IMG/VR virus record: IMGVR_UViG_2898907183_000003
Coordinates: 5,759-69,758 of that record
From: a virus
Taxonomy: Duplodnaviria; Caudoviricetes
DNA: 64,000 nt
Direction: 5' to 3' (one strand)
Both the position numbers and the translations under genes were made by a program. Below, piece by piece: positions 9,857-19,903 of the stretch. The number at the start of each line of letters is the position of its first letter. Position 1 is the first letter of the stretch. Under the pieces are notes generated by a model that saw only the letters and a program-made list of their open reading frames with translations, did not search any database and had not been told where the DNA came from.

Positions 9857-10229
9857 TATCGGCGCCCATTCCGAGCTGGTCGCGGCGACCGCGCTGCTGG
9901 CGGCTGGCTACGAAGTGGCCCGGCCCCTCGCGGCAGAATCGTACGACCTGGCGGCGCGCGATCCGGTGACCGGCGAATGGGCCACGTACCAGGTCAAGAC
10001 GGCGAGGTACCGGCCCGACCGGAACGCGTACGTGGTATACGCGACGCGAACGAATGGCGAGGCGTACACGCGCGATGACTGCGATTACCTTATCGGGGTG
10101 CTCGACGACGCGGTGTACGTGATCGAGAACCGGGAGATCGGCGAGTATTGGGTCTCGCCGGACAATATCGACGCGAAGTGGCGGAAGTTGACCGTGGGGA
10201 TTCGAAAAGAAACGAAGGAGGCGGTTTGA
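9837..10229 (+). CDS. PD-(D/E)XK endonuclease (group I intron-associated PDDEXK_5-like), free-standing
   Basis: GAHSELVAATALLAAGYEVARP...YDL...YQVKT...DYLIGV. Confidence 0.75.
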   Translation: MANQSTNIGAHSELVAATALLAAGYEVARPLAAESYDLAARDPVTGEWATYQVKTARYRPDRNAYVVYATRTNGEAYTRDDCDYLIGVLDDAVYVIENREIGEYWVSPDNIDAKWRKLTVGIRKETKEAV

Positions 10230-10783
10230 TGACTGCGTTCAAGGACGGCATTATCGTTCACGAAGGGAAGAAGTACCGGAAGGTTGATCGTGACGTACGG
10301 AATGGGGACATGGTTGTGGCAGTTGTCAAGAGCGGGGATGTAACAGTAGGCAACGTATATCAGGTACGAGAAGATTACATCGGCCTGTATTTCATCGATG
10401 ACGGCGGCGATAGGCGCTGGTGTCCGATTGCATGGGGCCACGTTAAGCCTATCGAACCGGTAACCGCCGACCTCGCCGCGCTCGAATCCGAACTGGCCGC
10501 GACCAAAGCGAAACTCGAGGAACTCGAAAAGCAGTTGGCGGAGGCAAAACGCGATGATAACGCGGAAAAGTGGGCGAAGATCGGCCGCAAGCCTGGCGAG
10601 TTTAAGGTCGGGGATATCGTAAAGACTTTAGATGATGTCGGAGGTCATCCCGTTGGTACCATCGGAATCCTCGAATGGGACAACAGACTCGAAAAACTTC
10701 GTGTTAGAGCCAACGGAGAACTGTATTCCCACCAATACGAACTCGTCGCCCCCGTCGAGTCCGTCGTAAACCTGAAAGGGTGA
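10229..10783 (+). CDS. Hypothetical protein with two KOW/SH3-like repeats and a coiled coil
   Basis: VRNGDMVV and FKVGDIVK segments. Confidence 0.6.
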   Translation: MTAFKDGIIVHEGKKYRKVDRDVRNGDMVVAVVKSGDVTVGNVYQVREDYIGLYFIDDGGDRRWCPIAWGHVKPIEPVTADLAALESELAATKAKLEELEKQLAEAKRDDNAEKWAKIGRKPGEFKVGDIVKTLDDVGGHPVGTIGILEWDNRLEKLRVRANGELYSHQYELVAPVESVVNLKG

Positions 10784-10790
10784 CACAACA

Positions 10791-13643
10791 TTGGCTAACG
10801 CCACAAGGCCTAACGTCCAATTGCGTCTGAATCTCCGTTCGCCGACCGCAGAGGACACCGAAAAGAAAGCGCGGATAACGGAGGCCCAACGGAAGAAGGC
10901 GGCGGTCGAGGAAACGATCGAGCAGGCGTGGGAACGGATCGGCGCGTTGAAACTCACGGATAAGGAGCGCGAACTGTACAACGCGGCGAAGGAGGCGTTC
11001 TTCTCGGGCACGATAGGCAGGTGCTCGAGTAACGCCGGTAAGAAGCTGACGAAGGGCGAAGTGCTCTCGATGGGAGCCGCCGTCATGCGCCAACGTGACG
11101 AGGCTCTCCGTAAAGAGAGAATCGCCGAGACTTTGCGCACCAAGCCCGCAAACTATCACATTATCACGGACGACCGTGATCTTGCTCGAATGATGGACCG
11201 GCTGCGCGAGGAGGTGCGCCGCCAAAAAGATGACCCCTGGTTCCGGAAAGTGTTCCGCCTATTCAACGATACACACATCCGGCGCAAACTCCTCTCTCGC
11301 GGTATCGAAATCCCGTTGGTCCAATCGTTTACCGCGTGGGACACGGAAACCTCCGGACTCGACAAAATGATCGATCTTTCCGGCGGTTACTCGTTCTGGC
11401 TCCCGTTGCTCGACGAAGGTTATTACGTCGCCTACGGGCATTTGACGGGAGAGAAGCAGTGTACCCGATCGGTTGCGTTAGATGTGATCCGGGCGTTTAT
11501 GGAGGACGCCCGGCACATCAAAGCGTTCCACAACGCGGAGTTCGACTTGTCGATTTTGACCAATGATGGGTTTCGACCACGAGGTGTCCGGTACGACTCG
11601 AAGGATGCGCAGTTCATCCTCTACGACCACGAGGAATCGTACTCGTTGAAACCGTTGGTCACGAAGTATAAGGCCGCGATTAAGTCGATGTTCGACGTGG
11701 AGTTCGACGATTACACTTACGAGGATTTGTTCGGCGACTCCAATCCGATGCTCCACCCGATTGAGGTTGTCGGCATCTACGCGATCAAGGACGTTCATAA
11801 AGGTTGGTATCTGACGCGTTGGCAAATCGAAATGATGCTCGCGCACGACAACCTCTACCGGCCGTACTTCGAGATACGGCAGTACCTCCCTGAAGTGAAC
11901 GTAACAATCGAGCGTACCGGGTTCAACGTCAACCTGGTGAAGCTGGCGGCGCTCGGCGAGGAGTACCGTCCGGAACGCGACGAGGCGCGCCGGAAACTGT
12001 TCGAAGCGTACAAGATCGACGACGCGTTCCTCTACAAGATGTCGATGGCTCTCCGCGGCGAGAAGATCACGAGGTGGTGCGAGGAGCAACGAAAGCGCAT
12101 CGAAAAACGCCACGAAATGATCGAGCGCTGCAAACGAGAGCTCGCGACCACGAATCCGAAAACGAAGAAATACGCAGAGTTGAAGGAACGCTTGCGCCGG
12201 TACGAGTCCGAGGAGCTACCGGCGGCGATTCCGCAGAACGCACCGGACTTTATCCGCGAGTTCAAGCTGTCCTCTGATGATCACGTCGCGTACCTCGTCT
12301 ACGATTACCTGGGCATTCCGGACCGGACGAAAGAAATCGTCAAGGACAAGACGAAGGAACGCGCGGTGTCATCCGACGTTTTGCAGGCATACGCGGAAGA
12401 CGAACCGGGGCTCGCGCCGCTGGCCGAGTATTCGAAGTACGAGAAGCTTATCGGGACGTATATCGAAAAGATCCCGGATGCGATTGACGTGGACGGCCGC
12501 CTTCATACGCAGCTCCGAACAGTTTCGACCGGTCGTTACGGGTCCAGCGGCTATAAGGGCAAGCCGAACAAGATTAAGCCCGCATATGTAACAGACGAGA
12601 ATTACCTCACTGTAATGAAGATGCTCGTCGAGTGCGAGGAGCGCGTGAGCAAGGGGACCAACGTTCAAAACATCCCGTCGCGTAACGAAGAGGGGCTGCG
12701 CGTCCGGATGACGTTCGAACCGACACCCGGTTATACGTTCTTGGGCAGCGACCTCTCCTCGATTGAACCGCGTATCCAAGCGCATCGAATGGCGTCCGAG
12801 TTCGGCGACGAGATTTTCGCGGAGATGTATCGGAAAGGACTCGACCCGTACGTAGAATTCGCGGCCATTCTGTTCGAGGTGTCGCGGGAACTGTGCGAAG
12901 AGAAGGCGTACAAGGCCGGAATTGCTGCGGTTCCCTACCGCAAGCTGATGAAGGATATGTTTCTCGCGGAGGGGTACGGTCAGGCCGTTGAACAATTCGT
13001 GAAAACGGCCGTCAAGCGAGGCGTGTCCGAGGAGGCCGCGAAACGGGCTTACGCGAAGTTTGACGAGGTACTCCCGGGATTCAAACGCATGGTTGAGACA
13101 ACGTTCGAACACCTGCGGAAGCACGGATGGGTCGCGACTTTATGGGGTCAGAAACGGAGGTTCCCGCAATATGTAGCGCAATGGAAACGGCTCTGCGCGT
13201 TGATGAAAAAGGCGGGGATCAATGGCAAGAACGACCCGGACCTCGGGAAAAAGTCTCGCCGACTCAGCCGCGATGAATGTACCGAGTTCTGGCAGCTTAT
13301 TCGTGAAACGGGTCGCGCCGAACGTCAGGCGTTTAACCATACGATCCAGGGCACGGGCGCTAACATTCTGCAACTCTGCATGATCCGAGCGTATTACGAG
13401 TGCGTTTTGGCACGCGGTTGGGAGTTCAACTTGACGCTACACGACGAGTTGAAGTTCAGCGTGCCCAACGATCAGATGACACCGGAGGCTACCGCGCTAC
13501 TGGACGACATTATGACGAACACGGTGGATCTGCTTGTTCCATTGGCGTGTGACACCGTAATCGAACCGTGCTGGATGCGCGAAGTAAAACCGGAGGACTG
13601 GTTCAATACCGAAGAGGAGGACGATGCCTTATCTCTCAATTAG
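10791..13643 (+). CDS. polA: Family A DNA polymerase with 3'-5' exonuclease domain
   Basis: AWDTET, FHNAEFD, YAIKDV exonuclease motifs; NVQNIP, DLSSIEPR (motif A), TLHDEL (motif C). Confidence 0.95.
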   Translation: MANATRPNVQLRLNLRSPTAEDTEKKARITEAQRKKAAVEETIEQAWERIGALKLTDKERELYNAAKEAFFSGTIGRCSSNAGKKLTKGEVLSMGAAVMRQRDEALRKERIAETLRTKPANYHIITDDRDLARMMDRLREEVRRQKDDPWFRKVFRLFNDTHIRRKLLSRGIEIPLVQSFTAWDTETSGLDKMIDLSGGYSFWLPLLDEGYYVAYGHLTGEKQCTRSVALDVIRAFMEDARHIKAFHNAEFDLSILTNDGFRPRGVRYDSKDAQFILYDHEESYSLKPLVTKYKAAIKSMFDVEFDDYTYEDLFGDSNPMLHPIEVVGIYAIKDVHKGWYLTRWQIEMMLAHDNLYRPYFEIRQYLPEVNVTIERTGFNVNLVKLAALGEEYRPERDEARRKLFEAYKIDDAFLYKMSMALRGEKITRWCEEQRKRIEKRHEMIERCKRELATTNPKTKKYAELKERLRRYESEELPAAIPQNAPDFIREFKLSSDDHVAYLVYDYLGIPDRTKEIVKDKTKERAVSSDVLQAYAEDEPGLAPLAEYSKYEKLIGTYIEKIPDAIDVDGRLHTQLRTVSTGRYGSSGYKGKPNKIKPAYVTDENYLTVMKMLVECEERVSKGTNVQNIPSRNEEGLRVRMTFEPTPGYTFLGSDLSSIEPRIQAHRMASEFGDEIFAEMYRKGLDPYVEFAAILFEVSRELCEEKAYKAGIAAVPYRKLMKDMFLAEGYGQAVEQFVKTAVKRGVSEEAAKRAYAKFDEVLPGFKRMVETTFEHLRKHGWVATLWGQKRRFPQYVAQWKRLCALMKKAGINGKNDPDLGKKSRRLSRDECTEFWQLIRETGRAERQAFNHTIQGTGANILQLCMIRAYYECVLARGWEFNLTLHDELKFSVPNDQMTPEATALLDDIMTNTVDLLVPLACDTVIEPCWMREVKPEDWFNTEEEDDALSLN

Positions 13644-14611
13644 CGGAAGATTTCAAAGCGATGCTCGACCGGTATCATTCCGCGCCCGAAGTTTGGGACG
13701 ACCAACTTGACGCGTTGATCCATGAACAGCAAGCGAAAATTCTGCGGACCCGCCGTTTCTTCGATTTCAAATCGCAACCGTACTTTTCCCCGTCGAGCGC
13801 TAACGCGTGCAAACGCGAGCTATACGAAAAGTTGCGCGGCGCGAAGAAGGACGTACAGATCCGGCCGCCACATCAGGGCCGCTGGACCCGGTTGGGCACC
13901 GCGATCGGCGCGATGATCCAGCGCGACCTCCTGTTCATCGAAAAGCATTACGAGAAGATGTTCGGGGAGGTCCCGCCATTCACCGTTGAGCGCACGCCGG
14001 AAGGCTACCCGGCCTGGGAGGATTTCGCCACGCGCCTCCACGTCGTTGAACACGGAGGCCACCGGTTCGCCCTCTACGGCAAGCCTGACGGAATCCTGCG
14101 CTACAAGGACGGTCGACGCGTAGGTCTGGAACTGAAGAGCAAGCAGACAACAGCCGGCAAGACCGGATCGATGCGTGAGGCCGAAGGCAAGCACGTTGTG
14201 CAAACGGTGGTGTATACGGAAATGTACGCGCCACTCGACGATTACCTCATCGTCTACGTCAACGCCGCGAAAAAGGATTGGGCGATGACCGAGGAGGAGT
14301 ACGCGAAGAACCCGGATTTGGTCGCGTTCCATATCACGGTAACGGACGACGACCGCGCCGCGCTCCTCGACGAATTGGCGAGCGTGGTGCAAGCGGTGAA
14401 AGACGGGACGCCGCCACCGTTGGAACTCGACAAGTGGACCTTTAATAACTATAAGACCGCGTGCGCCCTCTCGTTGTCTGACGAGGAGTACGCGGAGATT
14501 CAACGGCAGGCGCGCGCGATGATGCGGTCGAGGCTTCCGGAGTGGAAGAAGGCGCAATTTTGGGAAGCGTACGAGTTTATTAAAGCGGTGCGCGAAAGGG
14601 GCGTTGCGTAG
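13631..14611 (+). CDS. PD-(D/E)XK (Cas4/RecB-like) exonuclease
   Basis: FSPSSANACKREL, GKPDGIL, GLELKSK, Q..VY motifs; start probably non-canonical. Confidence 0.75.
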   Translation: MSQLAEDFKAMLDRYHSAPEVWDDQLDALIHEQQAKILRTRRFFDFKSQPYFSPSSANACKRELYEKLRGAKKDVQIRPPHQGRWTRLGTAIGAMIQRDLLFIEKHYEKMFGEVPPFTVERTPEGYPAWEDFATRLHVVEHGGHRFALYGKPDGILRYKDGRRVGLELKSKQTTAGKTGSMREAEGKHVVQTVVYTEMYAPLDDYLIVYVNAAKKDWAMTEEEYAKNPDLVAFHITVTDDDRAALLDELASVVQAVKDGTPPPLELDKWTFNNYKTACALSLSDEEYAEIQRQARAMMRSRLPEWKKAQFWEAYEFIKAVRERGVA

Positions 14612-14862
14612 TGGGATACATTCTCCGCGAAGTATACGAAAGTGATGGGGTAACCCCGAAACAGGATACACCGAATATGACTTATGGCGATTACGTTGGG
14701 AAAGTGGTGCGCCAATCTATGCGCCTGCGATTTGGCACGGAATCCTCCCGCCGCCCTCTCAACATTCATGCGGATGTTTCCCGAAGGTACGAACGGTGAC
14801 ATGCCCAAACAGCGGTCCGTGTTATTGTACTGGCGCATGCATGGGACGGGAGGTGCCGGATA

Positions 14863-15393
14863 ATTTCGAGGGCTACAAAAAGTAAAGCGTTACGATATCT
14901 CGGCCTCGACCTTTCGTTATCCTCGCCAGGATTCGCGGTAATCGAGGTCGCCGACCGGAAGCCGCGCCTCATCACGACGGCGCACGTAAAAACGGGGTCT
15001 GACGACCCTCAAGCGTTGCGTTACGAACTGATCGAGGCGTACACGCTCCTGTTCTTGCGCGAGCAGCTACGGGCGGGCCCGTTCGAGGCCATCGTGCGCG
15101 AGACGTGGCCGCCAGCGCGAGATTATCGGCAGAACGATAAGATTCACGGGGCGTGGTCGGCGGTCGATCGGGCGCTTTCACGATACGGATACGAGGTTAA
15201 CGCAAACCTAACGCCATCTAGCGTGAAGCGAACGGTGACCGGCAACGGCAAGGCGGAAAAAGCGGAGGTCGCCGCGGCGGTCCGGCGGTTGCTCGGGCTC
15301 ACGGAAGATTACCGGTTCGCGACCGATGATGAAAGCGATGCATGCGCCGTGGTACTGGCGTACTTGATCGCGAATGATTTGATTGATCATTGA
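14863..15393 (+). CDS. ruvC: RuvC-like Holliday junction resolvase (ATT start)
   Basis: YLGLDLSLSSPG, IVRE, VKRTVTGNGKAEKAEV, DESDACAV; the first catalytic motif is upstream of the first canonical start. Confidence 0.85.
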   Translation: MSRATKSKALRYLGLDLSLSSPGFAVIEVADRKPRLITTAHVKTGSDDPQALRYELIEAYTLLFLREQLRAGPFEAIVRETWPPARDYRQNDKIHGAWSAVDRALSRYGYEVNANLTPSSVKRTVTGNGKAEKAEVAAAVRRLLGLTEDYRFATDDESDACAVVLAYLIANDLIDH

Positions 15394-15402
15394 GGAGGCG
15401 TT

Positions 15403-15699
15403 TTGATGCTGGATTGCACGAAGATCAAAACATTTACTCCGATTATTCCTGCAGGTACGGGGCCAACCTTTACCAACGCTCACGAGGCTTTACTTGATAT
15501 GATTCACGATATGAACGAATCTTCTGGTGGTACTTTCTCCTTCGATGAAGAAAACAAGGTTGCGGCGTTTATGAATCACGTACTTTCCGTTTCAGATTGG
15601 ATCGACGGGACATATCCGATCTTTCCTGATTACGAACTCGAAGTAAAAACGATGCAAAAGTGGCAATTCGACCAAATGCCGGAATTCGACGGCTATTAA
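15403..15699 (+). CDS. Hypothetical protein
   Basis: GAGGAGG RBS; lower-GC ORF. Confidence 0.55.
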   Translation: MMLDCTKIKTFTPIIPAGTGPTFTNAHEALLDMIHDMNESSGGTFSFDEENKVAAFMNHVLSVSDWIDGTYPIFPDYELEVKTMQKWQFDQMPEFDGY

Positions 15700-15713
15700 A
15701 GGGAGGCGTTTTG

Positions 15714-15926
15714 ATGAAAGACTCCCTCGCGTTTGTTGTAGCGGTGATTCTCGCGGTAGCCATATGGTTCGCGACTGTCTCGTTAACAGCGTGGCTCGTC
15801 TCGATTTTGGTCGAGTTCCTGTTCGAAGTCGAGTTCGGGTTCTGGAAGGCGTTCGCCTCCGTTGTGCTTATCGACGTGTTCTCGAATCTCGTGTTCAGCG
15901 GAATGCCCCGCGTGACCAAACAGTGA
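15714..15926 (+). CDS. Small membrane protein
   Basis: GGAGG RBS; two hydrophobic helices. Confidence 0.55.
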   Translation: MKDSLAFVVAVILAVAIWFATVSLTAWLVSILVEFLFEVEFGFWKAFASVVLIDVFSNLVFSGMPRVTKQ

Positions 15927-16088
15927 CCCGTCACTTTGACGACTGGGATACGCCTTTTGAAACACGCCGCCTCCGTTATCTCCGGCAAGAGTTAGCGGAG
16001 GTCGAGCGGCAGATTGCGCGGCATGAGCGGAAATTGCGCGAGTTGAAAACGGAGAGAAACGAATTAGCGGAGGCAGTGAAAAGGAGCG

Positions 16089-18434
16089 ATGAGATTGACG
16101 CTGATTGACGACGTAAAACTTTCGGAACAATTTCTCGAACAATATCGCGGTAAACAACCGAAATGGGGATTCGGGGGACTCGGATACATCATCTATCTAC
16201 GGACGTATGCGCGGAAGAAGCCGGATGGCACTCTCGAACGATGGGACGAAACGGTGCGGCGGATTACCGAGGGAAACTTCCGGATCGAGGCGAAACGGCT
16301 TGCGGAGATCGGTCGCCTGACCCCGGAGAAGGTTGCGGAACTCAACCGCGAGATGGAGCGATTCTATCATCTGACGTTCAATCTCGTAATGTCTCCGCCG
16401 GGCCGCGGGCTCTGGATGAGCGGAACCGAGTACGCGGAGAAGATCGGGGACGCCGAGAACAACTGTTGGGGCGTATCGATGCGGCCGCAGCCGTACGAAC
16501 CCGGGGGCGAGCCGAAAGTGTCCTTCGCGCCGGTGTTCACGTTCGACCAGGCGATGAAAGGCGGCGGCGTCGGGGTGAACGTACAGCGCAAGTACGTTAG
16601 CCAGATTCCGAAGGTTAATAACGATCTGTGGCTGCGTTTTGTCTGCGAGAAAGAACACCCTGACTACGAAAGCGAATTGAAGCCACTCGGCGTTGATGAC
16701 AATCCGATGTGTACGATGGACGCTCCCTATTTTGGCTTCCGTGTTATCCGTGTGAAGGATTCTCGCGAGGGATGGGCGGAAGCACTCCGTGAAGTAATCG
16801 ATGCACATTACGACGGCGTCACAAAAATGTTCGTCGACGTGTCTGACGTTCGCCCGCGCGGTGCCGATATCAAAGGATTCGGCGGCGTTGCGTCCGGTCC
16901 CGCACCACTCGTCGCGATGCTACAGAAGGTCAACGAGATTCTCAACAATCGCGTGGATGACTACGTGACGCCGACGGAATGGGGCGACATTATCCAGAAC
17001 ATCGGGTGTTGCGTCGTGGCCGGTAACGTCCGCCGTACTGCACTCATCTTCATCGGAGACAACACGGATAAGGAATTCGTCGAGTCGAAGAACTACGCGC
17101 TCGAAAAGAACAAAGCCGCGAGTCAGTGGCGTTGGGCCTCGAACAACTCGGTCGATATTGGCTCGGATACAGACCGCGAAACACTCCGGGACATGGCCGT
17201 GAACATCTACTATAACGGCGAACCAGGTTATGTGAATATCGATCTCTCGCGCAACTTCGGCCGGATTATCGACGGATTCCAAAAGAACATCGACGGCGAG
17301 GTCGAAGTGTTTAACCCCTGCGGGGAGATCACGTTACCTAACGGTTCCCCGTGCAACCTGTTCGAAATCAACTTACCGCGAATCCACGAATACATCACGA
17401 AAGGAATCGAAGGCGAAACGCTGTACGACGAGGTAGCGTATCTGGCTACTCGTTACGCGTACCGCATCACGTTCCGCCCGTACGAATGGGCCGTTACGCG
17501 CGACGTCGTGAGCCGCCACCGTCGCCTGGGCGTTGGCATCACGGGAATCACCGATTGGGTGCTGATGCGGTTTGGTCAGCGTGCGATCCTCGGATTTGAC
17601 GCGGAAGGCAATCCGATCTTCAACCAAGACGTATGCAACGCGCTTGATTCGCTGTACAAGGCGGTGCGCGCCGCGAACGAGGAACACGCGAAACAGCTCG
17701 ACGCTAACCCCTCGATCAAGGTCACGACCGTCAAGCCATCCGGAACTATTTCGCTGCTGATGGGCGTATCTCCCGGTCAGCACTATCACTGGGCCCCGTA
17801 CATGATTCGCCGCGTGAGGATGTCGACGCATGCTCCGTTGGTCCCCGTTTTGATTCATTGCGGGTACAACGTGGAGCCCGCGATCCAGGGCTTCAATCCG
17901 GACGGCTCATACGTGTACAACTACAACACCGTAGTCGTTGATTTCCCCGTGAAGGCCCCGACCGCCGAGCATCCGCAGCTCCAATCGGCCGGCGACGTGC
18001 CTCTCCGCGAACAGGCCGCGCTCCAAGCGTTGCTCGCCACGTACTGGTCCGACAACGCGGTGTCTGCGACACTCTCGTTCCACAAAGCGAAACCGAAGCC
18101 GGTCTACTTCGCGGACGGAACGGTGCTCCTCGATAAGTTCGGTAATCCCGAACTCAAGATCGACAAACGCGACGAGGAACGCGTGATCGACGAGATTACC
18201 GATGTGCTCGACCGGTACAAGGGCGTGATTAAGTCGACGTCGCTGCTTCCGTACGCGACCGATACGTATCCGCAGATGCCATACGAGGCGATTACGAAGG
18301 AGCGCTACGAGGAGATGGTCGCGCGAATCAAGGCGAAGCCGTGGGAGGTTATCGGCGGGTCAATTGTGGCGGAAGACGAAGGCGCCGTTGATTCCTCAAC
18401 GGAATGTGTCGGGGGAGCGTGTCCGATTCGATGA
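16089..18434 (+). CDS. nrdJ: Class II (AdoCbl-dependent) ribonucleoside-triphosphate reductase, monomeric RTPR type
   Basis: SPPGRGLW, NNC, VVAGNVRR, NPCGEI, LGVGITG, TTVKPSGT, C-terminal ECVGGACPIR. Confidence 0.93.
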   Translation: MRLTLIDDVKLSEQFLEQYRGKQPKWGFGGLGYIIYLRTYARKKPDGTLERWDETVRRITEGNFRIEAKRLAEIGRLTPEKVAELNREMERFYHLTFNLVMSPPGRGLWMSGTEYAEKIGDAENNCWGVSMRPQPYEPGGEPKVSFAPVFTFDQAMKGGGVGVNVQRKYVSQIPKVNNDLWLRFVCEKEHPDYESELKPLGVDDNPMCTMDAPYFGFRVIRVKDSREGWAEALREVIDAHYDGVTKMFVDVSDVRPRGADIKGFGGVASGPAPLVAMLQKVNEILNNRVDDYVTPTEWGDIIQNIGCCVVAGNVRRTALIFIGDNTDKEFVESKNYALEKNKAASQWRWASNNSVDIGSDTDRETLRDMAVNIYYNGEPGYVNIDLSRNFGRIIDGFQKNIDGEVEVFNPCGEITLPNGSPCNLFEINLPRIHEYITKGIEGETLYDEVAYLATRYAYRITFRPYEWAVTRDVVSRHRRLGVGITGITDWVLMRFGQRAILGFDAEGNPIFNQDVCNALDSLYKAVRAANEEHAKQLDANPSIKVTTVKPSGTISLLMGVSPGQHYHWAPYMIRRVRMSTHAPLVPVLIHCGYNVEPAIQGFNPDGSYVYNYNTVVVDFPVKAPTAEHPQLQSAGDVPLREQAALQALLATYWSDNAVSATLSFHKAKPKPVYFADGTVLLDKFGNPELKIDKRDEERVIDEITDVLDRYKGVIKSTSLLPYATDTYPQMPYEAITKERYEEMVARIKAKPWEVIGGSIVAEDEGAVDSSTECVGGACPIR

Positions 18435-18822
18435 GCCCTACGCTTGCTTTAATTCTTGCATCCGTTGCGTTGGTAATTGCGGGTTTAGTGGCGTTGATTC
18501 CTAAACCGAAGTGTCCGCATTGCGAGCGACGAGATTTCATTAGCGTTCGATGCTTCATGTATTACTGTGACTTATGCGATAGATTCGCGGAGTAAACGGG
18601 AGCGCCCCGTGCGCTCCTCCCGGCTACGGCCGAAATCATAACGGAGGTGGTCGTCTTGACATTGCGAGTTTTGAACGGAATTTGCGCTTTGATATGGGCG
18701 GGACATTTCTTTGCGTACGCGATGTATAGCGTAGAAATTCCGGCATTTACCACAGGGTTTGCGATGTTGCTGGCCGTGATCTGTTTCGCAGAAAAAGCGC
18801 TTGATTAAACGGAGGTGGTAAC

Positions 18823-19143
18823 GTGGAGATTTTGTACACTTATACGAAAACAATGGATGTGAGCGGCCTTGTTATTGCTGCAATCGTGCTTACGATCTTT
18901 TTCGGGGGTTTTGCGTGGATCCTCTTCAGCGACAAAGCATTCGTACTCGGAACAATCTGCGCGACCATAAGCGCTCTGTCGGCGGTATTCGTAGTCGATG
19001 TGGGTGACGCGTTTATCTCCGGCTCGCTCGACGAGACATATCACGAAGTCGTCATCACCGACATGTCCAAGTTCGACACGTCGAAATACAAAATCGTTGA
19101 GCAGCGCGGAAAGATTTTCGTTGTCCAGGAGATTTCGCGATAA
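18823..19143 (+). CDS. Hypothetical membrane protein
   Basis: GGAGGTG RBS; two TM segments. Confidence 0.6.
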   Translation: MEILYTYTKTMDVSGLVIAAIVLTIFFGGFAWILFSDKAFVLGTICATISALSAVFVVDVGDAFISGSLDETYHEVVITDMSKFDTSKYKIVEQRGKIFVVQEISR

Positions 19144-19162
19144 CAACAAAGGAGGCGCGCCC

Positions 19163-19630
19163 ATGTACGGACTCACGCAAGAACAACGCGATCTTATCGA
19201 ATGGTTGCGCGATGGCGAGCGGATTAAAACGAAATTCGAACGGAGGGAGCCTATGACTCACGATAAACTTGACGCTATTTTCGATATGCAATACGCGCTG
19301 GACCAACGAATTATCGACGAACGTGGTATCGAAAAGACGACGGAGGAATGGGTGCGCGACCTTACGGTCGCCCTCGAAGACGAGATAAGCGAGGTGCGCG
19401 CGTGTGTCAACTGGAAATGGTGGAAGAACCCAAAACCGGTTGATTACGACGAACTGCGCGGCGAGGTCATCGACTTGTGGCACTTCCTCGTCAGTCTATC
19501 GCAAAAGGTCGGACTGACTGCGGATGATGTGTACCGCGTGTACTGCGAAAAGAACGCGGAGAACCATGCACGCCAGGACGGTACGAGTGAGAAGAAGGGG
19601 TACGAAGTAAACGGAAGAGGCTGCCGTTAA
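19163..19630 (+). CDS. dut: Dimeric (all-alpha) dUTPase; second in-frame start at 19253
   Basis: ALEDEISEV, WKWWK, EVIDLWHF, YCEKNAENHARQ motifs. Confidence 0.85.
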   Translation: MYGLTQEQRDLIEWLRDGERIKTKFERREPMTHDKLDAIFDMQYALDQRIIDERGIEKTTEEWVRDLTVALEDEISEVRACVNWKWWKNPKPVDYDELRGEVIDLWHFLVSLSQKVGLTADDVYRVYCEKNAENHARQDGTSEKKGYEVNGRGCR

Positions 19631-19713
19631 GACAGCAGCCAAATTCCGATCCACGGAACTATCTGAACTACAGTCCGTAGAAACGCGGGAGTGATGACGA
19701 TGTTAATCTTCAT
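19627..19713 (-). CDS. 28-aa hydrophobic peptide, type I toxin-like (MKINIVITPAFLRTVVQIVPWIGIWLLS)
   Basis: AAAGGAGG RBS, own promoter, terminal GGCTGC/GCAGCC hairpin shared with dut. Confidence 0.65.
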   Translation of the reverse strand: MKINIVITPAFLRTVVQIVPWIGIWLLS

Positions 19714-19880
19714 CACTACAAACCTCCTTTCACAAACGACTCACACTACTATCCCCCACCAAGACACCCATCAGACTTTTGATGGCGCCGGGTTTACCCT
19801 TTTGGTATTGGTTGGTTCTGTTTGTGAGCCCTTGCGAAAGGACTTGTCCTAATAATACCACAAGGACAAAACAATGGGAA
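19714..19880 (-). promoter_or_regulatory. sigmaA promoter and structured 5' leader of the small peptide
   Basis: TTCCCA-N17-TATTAT with TG extension; TCACAAAC/GTTTGTGA helix abutting the RBS; CCATCA/TGATGG hairpin. Confidence 0.55.
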
Positions 19881-19903
19881 TTATTTGTTAGGAGGCACGC
19901 TGA

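Noticed and set aside
13568-14611. Cas4 as evidence of a CRISPR-Cas locus
   Set aside because: No other cas genes or arrays; Cas4-like exonucleases are routine in phage replication modules.
10791-18434. Inteins or introns in polA or nrdJ (also checked helicase, thyA, terL)
   Set aside because: Frames are continuous, lengths are typical, and there are no splicing or internal LAGLIDADG motifs.
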